A stretch of DNA of 64,000 bases. It comes from Eledone cirrhosa (lineage: Eukaryota). Location of the stretch: the NCBI GenBank assembly GCA_964016885.1, contig OZ024742.1:78988001-79052000 (forward strand). The letters run 5' to 3'. Made by a program: the position numbers and the translations under genes. Positions 25,843-37,345 of this stretch are shown here, piece after piece. Position 1 is the stretch's first letter. Each line of letters starts with the position of its first letter. The notes under the pieces were generated by a model. That model saw nothing but the letters and a program-made list of their open reading frames with translations, made no database searches and was not told where the DNA came from.

Positions 25843-26786
25843 CAACAGGAAACAAGTACCACCAATCTCTGGGAGGGCCCTGTAGAAACAGTAGACAGCT
25901 TCTGCTACCTAGGTGACCGAATTAGCAACGGAGGTGGGTGCTCAGAAAGTACAATAACTAGGGTAAGAACGGGATGGAAGAAGTTTAGGGAACTACTACC
26001 ACTGCTAGCTGCAAAAGGCTTCTCCCTCAGAATGAAAGGCAGACTGTATGATGCGTGTATCCGAACAGCGATGTTGCATGGTAGTGAGACCTGGGCGCTG
26101 AAGGTGGAAGACTTACGTAGATTAGAGAGAAACGAAGCCTGCATGCTCCGATGGATGTGTAACAGTAATATACGTGAACGACAAAGCATAAAGGAACTGA
26201 GAGAGAGACTGAGCATAAGAGGAATCAAATGCTGCGTGCAGGAGAGGCGGTTACGCTGGTATGGACATGTGATGCGTATGAAGGATGACAGCTGCATAAA
26301 AAGGTGCAGAGCACTAGAAGTTGATGGAAACCGCGGAGTGGGGAGACCCAAGATGACTTGGGATGAGGTGATAAAAGCCGACCTTACCCAACTACACCTC
26401 TCAAAGTCAATGACACACGACCGTGACTTCTGGCGTCACGCAGTAATACAGGGTACCCGACCTCCCATGGGTACATGCTGAAGCATATAAACAATATGCC
26501 CCCACTCCCCCCACCGCAAGGTGGTCGTGGAGGTGCCACAGCAAAAAAGCACCCAGCCCACACTGTTAAGTGGACGTGTAGGCGCCACGAAAAAGCACCC
26601 AGCACTCACTGTAAATGAGGTTGGTGTTAGGAAGGGCATCCAGCTGTAGAAATCAAGCCAGATCAGTTCCTGTATGAGCAAGGCATGGTCAGCCGACCAG
26701 ACACTGCCCACAACAGGACAACCCGTCTAACCCATGCTAGCGTGGAAGAACGGACGTAAAACGGTGATGATGATGATGATGATGAT
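25843..26786 (+). mobile_element. RTE LINE family 2, 5'-truncated
   Basis: MKGRLYDACIRTAMLHGSETWALKVEDL...RRLRWYGHVMR...PPMGTC*; (GAT)n tail; near-identical to 40628-41708. Confidence 0.92.
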
Positions 26787-26796
26787 ATATATATAC

Positions 26797-28933
26797 AAAT
26801 GAGGAGAATAAATGGGAGAAAGACAGTCTCCCCCATATCGACCCAATAGAGGGACCAGCAGTGTTAGTCGATGGGAGTATAATAAGTAAGGCAATCAAGG
26901 ATATGAAGACGGGTAAGGCGGCTGGGCCTTCGGAAATAGTTGCTGAGATGCTGAAGGCATCTGGCACGGTGGGACACACCATGGTCACCCGCATAGTTAA
27001 CCAAGTCGTACAGAATGGGGTTGTTCTGAAGGACTGGCATAGCAGCATCATCGTTAACTGTTATAAGGGTAAAGGAGACGCCCTAGATAGGAGTAACTAT
27101 AGAGGCATTAAATTAATCGACCAGGTCATGAAGGTCACGGAAAAAGTAATAGCGCAACTAATCAGAGAGAGAATTGACCTAGATGAAATGCAGTTCGGGT
27201 TTGTGTCAGGCAAAAGTACCACAGACGCTCTTTTCATAGTACGACAACTACAGGAGAAGTACCTAGCTAAAGGTAAACCCCTCTACTTAGCTTTTGTCGA
27301 CTTGGAGAAAGCCTTCGACAGAATCCCCCGCTCCATTATCTGGTGGGCTCTTAGAAAACTAGGCATTGACGAATGGCTTGTGAGGGCTATACAAGCAATG
27401 TATAAAGAAACAGTCAGCAAGGTTAGAATTAACAACGAATATAGTGAAGAGTTTAGCGTAAAAGTTGGCGTCCATCAGGGCTCTGTTCTCAGCCCCCTAC
27501 TATTTATTATTGCCCTTCAGGCTATAACAGAGGAGTTCAACACAGGCTGCCCATGGGAACTCCTATACGCAGATGACCTGACACTCATAGCGGAATCAAT
27601 GGCCGAGCTAGAGAAGAAATTCCAAACATGGAAGCACGGCCTAGAGTCAAAAGGACTTAAAATTAACCTGGCTAAGACCAAAGTTCTAGTTTGTAGGAAA
27701 GAAAACAAGGCGGCAGTCCCTTCTGGGAAATGGTCGTGCTCGGTGTGTAGGAAAGGCGTAGGTAGAAACTCCATTTTATGTCCTAAATGCAAAGTATGGG
27801 TGCATAAAAGATGTAGTGGGATCACAGGTAAGCTAACTAAGAACATAGATTTTATATGTGGCCGGTGTTCTGGTGCAATAAGTAACAGCAAGTGCCCACA
27901 AAATACTAGCTCTTTCAATTGCGCAGAGGGTTCTATAGAAATAGTGGACAGCTTCCGTTACCTGGGCGATAAAATCAGCAGCGGGGGAGGGTGCTCTGAA
28001 AGTACTGTAGCTAGAGTCAGAACTGGTTGGAAAAAGTTCAGAGAGCTTATACCACTATTAGCTGCTAAAGGGTTCTCCCTAAAAATGAAAGGCAGGTTGT
28101 ACGATGCCTGCATACGAACAGCAATGTTGCATGGCAGTGAGACCTGGGCATTGTGTGCAGAGGATATACGCAGACTAGAGAGGAACGAAGCTTGCATGCT
28201 CCGCTGGATGTGTAACAGTAATATACGTGAACGGCAAAGCATAATAAGCATAAACGAACTAAGGAAAAAATTAGAGATAAGAGGGATCAGATGTTGTTTA
28301 CTCGAGAGAAGGCTACGTTGGTATGGACACGTGATGCGCATGAAAGTCGATAGCTGTATAACAAAGTGCAGGGCAATAAAGATAGACGGTAGTCACGGAA
28401 TAGGCAGACCTAGAAAAACCTGGGACGAGCTGATAAACTCCGACATCACACACTTACACCTCTCCAAGACAATGTCACTGGACCGAGACCTTTGGCGGTA
28501 CTCAGTAACAGAGAAGACCCGCCTTACCTAAATATATAGTAAAACCTACTCCAGCCAGTAGGCATCTCTAAAAAAAAAATACACCCCGTCCCACCACCAC
28601 CACCCCCACCCCATCCACACCACCCTGTTCTATGTAAAGTTATGTTGGTGCCGCGCCATCCAGGCCGAAACAAATGAGATCGTGTAGGTGTCACGACAAA
28701 AAAACACACAGTCCACGCTGTAATGTGGCCGTGTAGGCAACACGGTAAAAACCTCCCAGACCCACACTGTAAATGTGGTTGGTGTTAGGAAGGGCATCCA
28801 ACTGTAGAAAACCTGCCAGACAGTCCTATGCGAGCAAGACAATCACTCTTGCCTCAAGTGGGACTACCCCCGTCCAAACCCATGCAAGCGTGGAACACGG
28901 ACGTTAAACGTTGATGATGATGATGATGATGAT
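26797..28933 (+). mobile_element. RTE LINE family 1, longest copy (whole RT domain, no APE endonuclease)
   Basis: 556-aa uninterrupted ORF 26861-28531 with KAAGPSEI, YKGKGD, YADD; in-frame 9-bp duplication near 28243; (GAT)n tail. Confidence 0.95.
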
Positions 28934-28960
28934 ACATATATATATATAATGTGTGTATAT

Positions 28961-29014
<54 letters not shown>

Positions 29015-29240
29015 ATGTAAAAGGTAAACAGAAATAACAACACAATCGGTACAGTATATGGAAGGGATATATTAGGTTTATGCTTGATATAGCAGGAAGA
29101 GGGTCCTTCATCAGAAAAACGAATGAGAAATAAGATAGATTGAGGGGATGGGTGAATTGGAATTGGAAAAAATGTCTTTATATAAAAATAACTGGTCCAT
29201 TCATGTTGACATCTCTTATATATGTATATATATATATATA

Positions 29241-30692
29241 TAGGAAAAAGTATGACCCCGACGGCAGAGCTCAAGCCGTTTCAACGGCTATTTCTGGACT
29301 AAATTAGAATTTTTAGCCTGGTAAATAAATAGCCAAACTTGTCAAGGGGTACTTCCTTATATGGGAAGATTGTAGTTGTGAAGAGGATTAGTCAAAATTT
29401 GTTGTAAACACAAATAAGTCTGTCATGGCATTTGGTGGGAGGTAGGGGTAGCTGAAATTGCCTGTAGAACAATGAGGGAGTGAGTGGAGCTGGTCAAGCT
29501 TTGAAAGTGAAATCTATACAGCAGATTCTAAGGATAGTGTATGAAAAGTCGAAAAATTGTTCTGGAGAAAATGGAGGAGGGAAGTTATAGAATAGTTAAG
29601 TCAAATGAGAGTAGGAGACAATAAAAAATAATAGAAAGAAATATTAAAAAAATATATAAAATTAGATAGTGAGAAATGAATAAAAAAAAACTAAAAAAAA
29701 ACAGTAGAGTCTAGAGACAGCTGCTATAATTAGTAGGTGTTGCTTGTATGGTCGAAGCTATAGAAAAGGTTAATAAGTTGAGAATGGAAAATACTAAATA
29801 AGAAATTGTAGAAGTGGGTAGTGAAAAAATATAATGCAAACTTTTCATGTCGCCGGACGGGGTTTCGGAGTATGTGACTTTAAGACCCGGCTCTACCAAC
29901 ACCGACATACTTTCCGAAACCCGGTCCGGCGACATGCCACTACACTTTCGCGCCACATCTGGGACCTCCAAGATAATAATATAACCTACAATCTCACTTG
30001 GAGCTTACTGTCCAGAGCTAACTCTTACACGGGAGGACGCCGTTCTACAATTTCTTATTTAGTATTTTCCATTCTCAACTTATTAACCTTTTCTATAGCT
30101 TCGACCATACAAGCAACACCTACTAATTATAGCAGCTGTCTCTAGACTCTACTGTTTTTTTTTAGTTTTTTTTTATTCATTTCTCACTATCTAATTTTAT
30201 ATATTTTTTTAATATTTCTTTCTATTATTTTTTATTGTCTCCTACTCTCATTTGACTTAACTATTCTATAACTTCCCTCCTCCATTTTCTCCAGAACAAT
30301 TTTTCGACTTTTCATACACTATCCTTAGAATCTGCTGTATAGATTTCACTTTCAATACTTGACCAGCTCCACTCACTCCCTCATTGTTCTACAGGCAAGT
30401 TCAGCTGCCCCTACCTCCCACCAAATGCCATGACAGACTTATTTGTGTTTACAACAAATTTTGACCAATCCTCTTGACAACTACAATCTTCCCATATAAG
30501 GAAGTACCCCTTGACAAGTTTGGCTATATATTTACCAGGCTAAAAATTCTAATTTAGTCCAGAAATAGCCATCGAAACGGCTTGAGCTCTGCCGTCGGGG
30601 TCATACTTTTTCCTATTACCCACTCAACTACCCTAAGTATTGAGTACTCTGGTGCATTATGGTCCATCTGGTTCCTTACCACATTTCCTTCG

Positions 30693-30693
<1 letters not shown>
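29241..30693 (+). mobile_element. Penelope-like element family B: GIY-YIG fragment between ~570-bp inverted pLTR/3'UTR copies
   Basis: 29834-30042 encodes FKTRLYQHRHTFRNP..HATTLSRHIWDL...TWSLL (PLE GIY-YIG C-terminal half); arms 29241-29813 and 30043-30615; (TA)n flanks. Confidence 0.85.
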
Positions 30694-30729
<36 letters not shown>

Positions 30730-30939
30730 GGGCTTCTTTACAGTTTTTGTCTACCAAATTCCTTTATAAATCAATGTGCAGTATTATAAAATCCTACTGT
30801 TGTAGCCTTGGACAAGACCTGTCACTTTAGTTTACCCAGGTTCATAGATTTTAAGAAATAAATAACAGCTAAAATACATTTAGCAAATACAATGAAGAGA
30901 TAAAGACATAAAATAAAGGAACTAAACCACTTGATAAAT

Positions 30940-31360
30940 CATCATCATCATCACTGTTTAACATCCATTTTTCCATGCTAGCATGGGTTAGACGAGTTGT
31001 CCAATTGTGAGTCAAGTCAGATGACTGTGTCTTGCTCAAACAGAACTGTTTCTGGCTTGGTTGCTATGGCTGGATGCCCTTCCTTATGCCAACCACATTT
31101 AAAGTGTGGACTGGGTGCCTTTTATCGTGGCACTAAAATGACTACTTTACAGTGTGGACTGGGCACTTTTTATCTTGACACCAAAACAAACACTTTATAG
31201 TGTGGACTGAACACTTGTTGTCATGGTACTAGAATGATCACTTTATAGCGGGGACTGGACGCTTTTTGTAGTGGTACCAAAACGACCACTATACAGTGAG
31301 GACTGAACACATTTTGTTGTGGCACAAGAATAACCACTTCACAGTGTGGAGTGAGCACTT
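30940..31360 (-). mobile_element. RTE/SINE 3' tail with ~6 tandem ~46-bp units
   Basis: (CAT)n, GGATGCCCTTCC, repeated ...CACTTTACAGTGTGGACTGGGC... Confidence 0.7.
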
Positions 31361-33458
31361 ATAAAACAAAACAATAAAATATGAAGAAAACTATGAATTT
31401 ATTAAGATATTCATTTCAAGCTTATTGGTTGCTTTCAATACAATGTAAAAATCAGAGAATTATCTTTATGAAAACAAAAACCTGCAAGTAAATTGATTAT
31501 CATTCAAGTCTCAAACTGAATGACTTTATTTTTATAATATAACTTTATCTTTGTAAATTTAATATTCTGTTTCTGTCTATCTAGTTTTCTATGAAACAAA
31601 AAAACCCAGTGAGTAAAATAATTACAATTCACCACTTGCACTCTTTGAACTGAAAAATTATGACTATCTTCATAAATTAATTGAATTTATTTTTCTTTCT
31701 TTAAATTACAAAACTGTGTCTTTGCTTTCAAAAGAAGAAAATTATAATATATTTCATTGCATTGAAAATGAAATAAATCTCAGATTGAATTAAGTACTGT
31801 GGTCAATATCTTCATCATAATGTTTGCATCACATCCACATTATTATGTAAGTGCAAGTTAAATGGAACATTTAAAGTAGTTCTAACACAACTGGATGTCT
31901 TATTTGATGCAAACCCTACCCTTTTAGCCACCTCATATGACATTTAAGGATATGGTGAACCTATTCTAATTACTGGAACTCCATTGAACATGGTGTCCCA
32001 GTATGGCTGCAGCTCAATGACTACTAAAACCAGTAAAAGAATAAAAGAACAAACTAAAAAATATACAAAGCTAAAGAAAAAAAATTATTATTCAGTTTCA
32101 GAATTACAAAGGAAAGGAAAAAGCAAAACTAAATAAATGAAGCTGTCACATTAGTGTCTTTTTCAAAGGTAAGCTTAAAAGAAGCAGCAACTGAGAAACT
32201 ACAAAAGATTTTTTTTTTCTCAAGACTGCCTAATACCAATACTGTACTTGCTTAATGTACCAACAGTTACATTACTATTATTACAGAAATATTTTAACAA
32301 AACAACAACACTAATAATGATAATAATAATAAAGATCGATGAAACGTAAAGGAGTGCTCCAATGATGCAGAATTGAAACCAGTGACTTTGTTAGTCAGTA
32401 GTATCACACTAATCAATATATCCTTACCAACTTCCTCCATTACATCACGGAAACCAGCAATAGAGTATTCTATTCCTACCACCACCAACATCAGAGTCAC
32501 TAAAAATCTCATCATAGCCACTAATAATAACAACAGCACCAACTACTAACAGTGCCAACTACTAACAGTGCAAATTCAATGGTAGCACCACCACCACTGC
32601 TGCTATGTCATGGACTCCTCCTCCTTCAAACGAAATGTTAACCATTTCAACAGAGTTATTTACAGTCAGTAATGTGTGTTCTTTTCAAACCAAATTTATT
32701 AATTGTTCTTCAATTCAGCCAATCCTTTTCACAACATCTCACCATGTTTTCCACAATTTTCTTCTTCTATGATAATAACAACAACAATTAATATTGTTAT
32801 TAATTTTATCATCATAACAATCATCACCATCATCCTCAACATCACAATTATCTCTCTTTCAGATTTGTTTTTCATCACCTCCAGCATTGTGCACACTCCC
32901 ATGCGCTTCAGGTGCATACAATGTTTTGTTGCTATTGTGTTCCGTGCAGTTGTGTTTATGTATGTGCAAACAGCTGTGGTTATCTACATATCTCCATGTG
33001 TGTGTATGCACAAATGTGAGTTGTGTATGTATATATGTGCACAGTTGTAGTTACCAGTATGTGCCCATGCGTGTGCAGTTAATTTCATTCATTATTTAGA
33101 GAGTGTCCTATAATAGAGAATACACATGAGGTGTACAGAAGTTTCGTTTGTTTGAATGTTATTTTTGTCTTTCCTTTTCTGTGGTGATTTTGTTTTTTAA
33201 TGTTTGCTTCACCCATGTGCTATTTTACTAACTCTTTATGTAGTTTTTGTTTCTGTTTGGCTACCACAGGGAGTGTTTCTACATTCATCTTACACCCACT
33301 GACAAACACAAATCCAAAAACAAATTTTGACCTTTACTTTTGAGGTCTTTACCATATACTTCCACAATTTCTCAATATTTTTCTTTACAAGGATTTTATT
33401 TAATTCATATTTTATTAAGTGTTTTTTATTCATTCATTTGTAGTGGCAGAGTGTTGCC

Positions 33459-33495
<37 letters not shown>

Positions 33496-36080
33496 AAGGT
33501 GACTACTATAGTCTACAAATATTTTGAGTACCTTTTTTAATTGTGGTTACTTCTCGACGCAATTCAGGAATCTACATATATCTACATATACATATAACAC
33601 TTCTCAAACTTGAAAAGCAGACAGAGGTTACTGAGTGAGGTTAATGCAATTAATATTCAATTTGAACTGTTGTAGACTGTTAGCATTTGCAGCTGGGAAA
33701 ATGGGGCAAGGAGATGGAGTCCTAATGAGATACAGCTCACAAGAACATGGATTGAATAAAGTATTTCATACAGGATTGCAAGGAAACAACATCATGAAAC
33801 AGCATTTATATTCAATCCAATCTCACTCCTGTTGGAGGGACCCCTTCCTGGTTGACCTCCACCTCTTTCTGTTTGGTTTTGGTCAAGAAATCGATGGTAA
33901 AATGAGGACTCAGTCCATATTTGGGGTCAATATTTTGACGATTTTCACCAACTTCAAATTATATGTAAATAAAGTGTTAAAATATCTGGATTGATTCTTT
34001 CACAATGAAACACTTTTTTCCTACATTTCCTATATCATCAGGATTTTTATTTATGCATTGCCTTGAGAACATTCCCACAAAGTTTTATTACTTGAACTTT
34101 GTAATACATAAATATCCCCTACACATAAACATACAGGCACCTCGTACATAAACACATGTGCACCAACTGTTTTAATCTGTGATTTACATAATCATACCTT
34201 TTCTTACAATCTTGTTTTGTTTTATTTCACTCACCCTCACTCTCCCTTCTCACTCACATATCTCTTGTTCTTGCTCTGCCTCTCCTCTCTCTTGCAGTCT
34301 CTTCTTCCCGAGAATTTCAAAACAGCACCATAATGTGTTGATTAACTGCCTCAACTTATAAACAGGGCTTGGATTTTTGTTTATTTCTCAGGCATAAAAT
34401 AGGGGTCAGTTTATATTTGAGTATATACATTAAGTACAACTAGTTAATTTAAAACAAATGTGAAGAACATCCGGTTAGTTTTTTGGAGCTTTTTTTTTTG
34501 TTCTGTATCCAAAAGCAGCTGTAGGAAACAATAGCTTAAATAAAATATAAGAACCAATTGAGAGTTGATCTTTCACTCCAAAGATTACTTTCACTGCTAA
34601 GGACTCTCTTCCATGTGTGTTCTTGAGCCAACAAGGACAAACTCTGAGTAGGCCCATTTTTCTAGGCATTACTTGTCACTATTTACTTGTCACTATTTGA
34701 CATACCTTTTAGCAATTTTAATTGAGGACATAACTTCTTACATTATTTGGTTCTTGAGAAAATTAATGATGATAATATTGAAAATCATAATGAAACAAGA
34801 ATCAGAAAAACAAGCATGTTAAAGGCTATTTTCCCTGCGAAAACAATCTCATGAAACAATTTTCAATCTCTGGGAAGATGTGGACCAAAACTCTAAAGGC
34901 AGTGGAAAGAGGTTCCAGCTGAATCATGCCAAGGAGAAAGAAAAACGACCCCATACCAATTCAGGGCACTGTGTTTGTATTTTAGCACACGCAAAGGGAA
35001 GTAACTCTGAGTGAGTCATGGTTTGTAGTGGTGGCGATACTGTTGATGTCTCACTACAATCATGACTATCAACGTTATTTTTACAAACTCAAGAAAGTGC
35101 TTAAATATAAGTTTCAAAGCAGAGGCAACGGAATGGAATTCCAGTTAGATCCTGTCAACAAAATCTCCATATGGTTTAAATGCACAAATCTTCCATATCC
35201 GAATGGCTAAATGTCAGCAGAAAGGCACCTAATGTGGCCCCTTTAAGTGTAAGAAGTTAAGGGGCAAAACACTCACTTAATGGGGGTTTCTTCTCTGAAA
35301 AAAAAATCCTGCCAAATCAATGGGTGCCAGGAGTTCCAGCTGCACGCATTGAAGGGCTGGTGTAGTGGTTCTGAGAACAATGCAGCTTTGCAGATGATCA
35401 ATGCAAATTGACAATGGAAAGCACTCCCACTCGAGTTAGAAGAGAACTATTGACCTTCAAGAGAAGCAGTGACTCCTGATTGTATTCAGCAACTGAAATA
35501 AATATGAAGTACACCAAATCCAATGCTCCCAGGGGCGGCTCTGGTGGTTCTCATTTGAGAGTGTAAATTCGGCCAGATTAGATTAGATTAGATTCTCATC
35601 TGAAGACGTTCTGCTGTTCACCTCTGCTGATAGTTTCTTACTACTGGGGATTGCCTTGCATGCCATACAACAAACTTCTCCATTTTCCCTAAAGTGTTCG
35701 CCCTGAACTCACCAATGCTTTCATTTCCTCCTCTATCATCTTTAGCCACGTCTTTCTTGGTTATCTCCATCTTCTACTTCTTTCCAAATTTACTTTCATC
35801 AGTCCTTTCACCTAGATATTTTCATTCTTCCTCAACACATTACCCAGCCATATCATTCTATTTCTCTTTAAAACATTCATCCCTAGTTTATACCCATAAC
35901 CCTCTGCAATTCAAACAATAATGAAAATATTTATAAATGTTAACTTTGGCAGTATTTATATTTTTTATCAAATGAATCTTAGTTTATATTTTCTACTCAT
36001 AAATAAAAGATTATATTTAAGCAGGAACTTTGAAAAATGAAAGACTGTTTACCTATTTTACTGATTAAGGTGATTGATGA

Positions 36081-36140
36081 ACTTACCTGCAAAAGAAAAG
36101 AAATAAAAGAGGTTAAAATATTTCTCAAAATTAGTCATCA
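36081..36140 (-). promoter_or_regulatory. Candidate recursive splice site (zero-length exon)
   Basis: Minus strand: GACTAAT...TTTTAACCTCTTTTATTTCTTTTCTTTTGCAG|GTAAGT, junction at 36087/36086. Confidence 0.6.
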
Positions 36141-36277
36141 GTGCAATGTAAATACAATAAATATAACAATTGATTGTAACTACGATCAACTAATCCAGTA
36201 CTGGCACCTATTTGTACATCATGAATCATGTTGTATCAAAGACATAGACATTGCTCTCTCTTGATTTCTTTCTGCAT

Positions 36278-36790
36278 GTTTAGAAAAGCATGGTCAGAGT
36301 AGACCCATTCAGCTTAATCAATCTTACTACTCTCAGCCATCTTTCATAAAATGTACTAGAAGGCAGCAACTCCTCTACTCTCACCTTCTTCCTCAAGCAG
36401 TACTTCAAATGTTCCTGAGATCTTGGACAAAGAAAGAGGAAGATTTCTGTCTTCAAATCTTTTAGATGTGTTCATCATACAGTTTGCCATAGCTACCAGA
36501 AAAAGGAAGACTTGCTGTGCTTCTCTCCTAAAGGAAAGTGGCGGTTCAATTGGCACTATAGAGCAGGCTGATAACCTACACATGATAGCAGGTGTCCAAC
36601 ACAAGATCTCAAGTCTGCAATGTATGGACATTTGGTGAAAGCCTAGAAGGACAGCTTTGTCACCCTGCATACATATCTGACAGGTTTGGCTGTTAGGACT
36701 ACTGTGCTTGTAGAGTTTTTCTTGGACTGGTAATGATCTCAAATATAGCAGAATATCCTCTTTGTTGCCTGCAGTTCATTGTCCATTAAC
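36278..36790 (-). mobile_element. Degenerate L1/Tx1-clade LINE ORF2 C-terminus (zf-RVT-like)
   Basis: LPVQEKLYKH...CQICMQGDKAVL..F and terminal FYERWLRVVRLIKLNGSTLTMLF*; frameshifted. Confidence 0.6.
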
Positions 36791-37258
36791 CCTCTATAAA
36801 AAGTAAGTGTTGTATTTTTGGTCACTAATCATGCTGTCCAGCTGGTAATGATGATAATGATGATGTTGAAGACGAGGAGGAGAGGAGAAGATGAAAATGA
36901 AAAAGAATGAGAAGAAAACAAAGAAAAAAAAAGAACAACAAAAATAATTATGACAATGACGATTTCTCAATTACACACGCAAAAGAAGTAATTAATTGGA
37001 AAAAGAGAACAGAAAACATAAAGCAGGAAAGAAAAAGTTTTAAAAATACCTAGAATAAAATGGGAAAGCAAGCCTCAATAATGACTAGTATTAGTGATTC
37101 CACACAATTCTGTCTGTGTCTAACTAATGTAATTATGGATGGAGTAACAACACTAGTTTGTTGATATACAGGTGGAGAGGTAATACAAGTGGATCTCTAA
37201 AAAAAACTTTAATTGGTTTCAGTTGACTTTTTTCTTTTCAAAATTCATCTATTACTCC

Positions 37259-37296
<38 letters not shown>

Positions 37297-37311
37297 AAGA
37301 GAGAGAGAGAA

Positions 37312-37345
<34 letters not shown>

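Noticed and set aside
32294-33099. Hydrophobic low-complexity ORFs
   Set aside because: Derived from CAT/AAC/ACC-rich tracts; no recognisable domain
35120-35600. Possible RLE-type non-LTR 3' remnant (MGARS resembling a VGARG motif, (GATTA)n end)
   Set aside because: Too degenerate to support without a profile search
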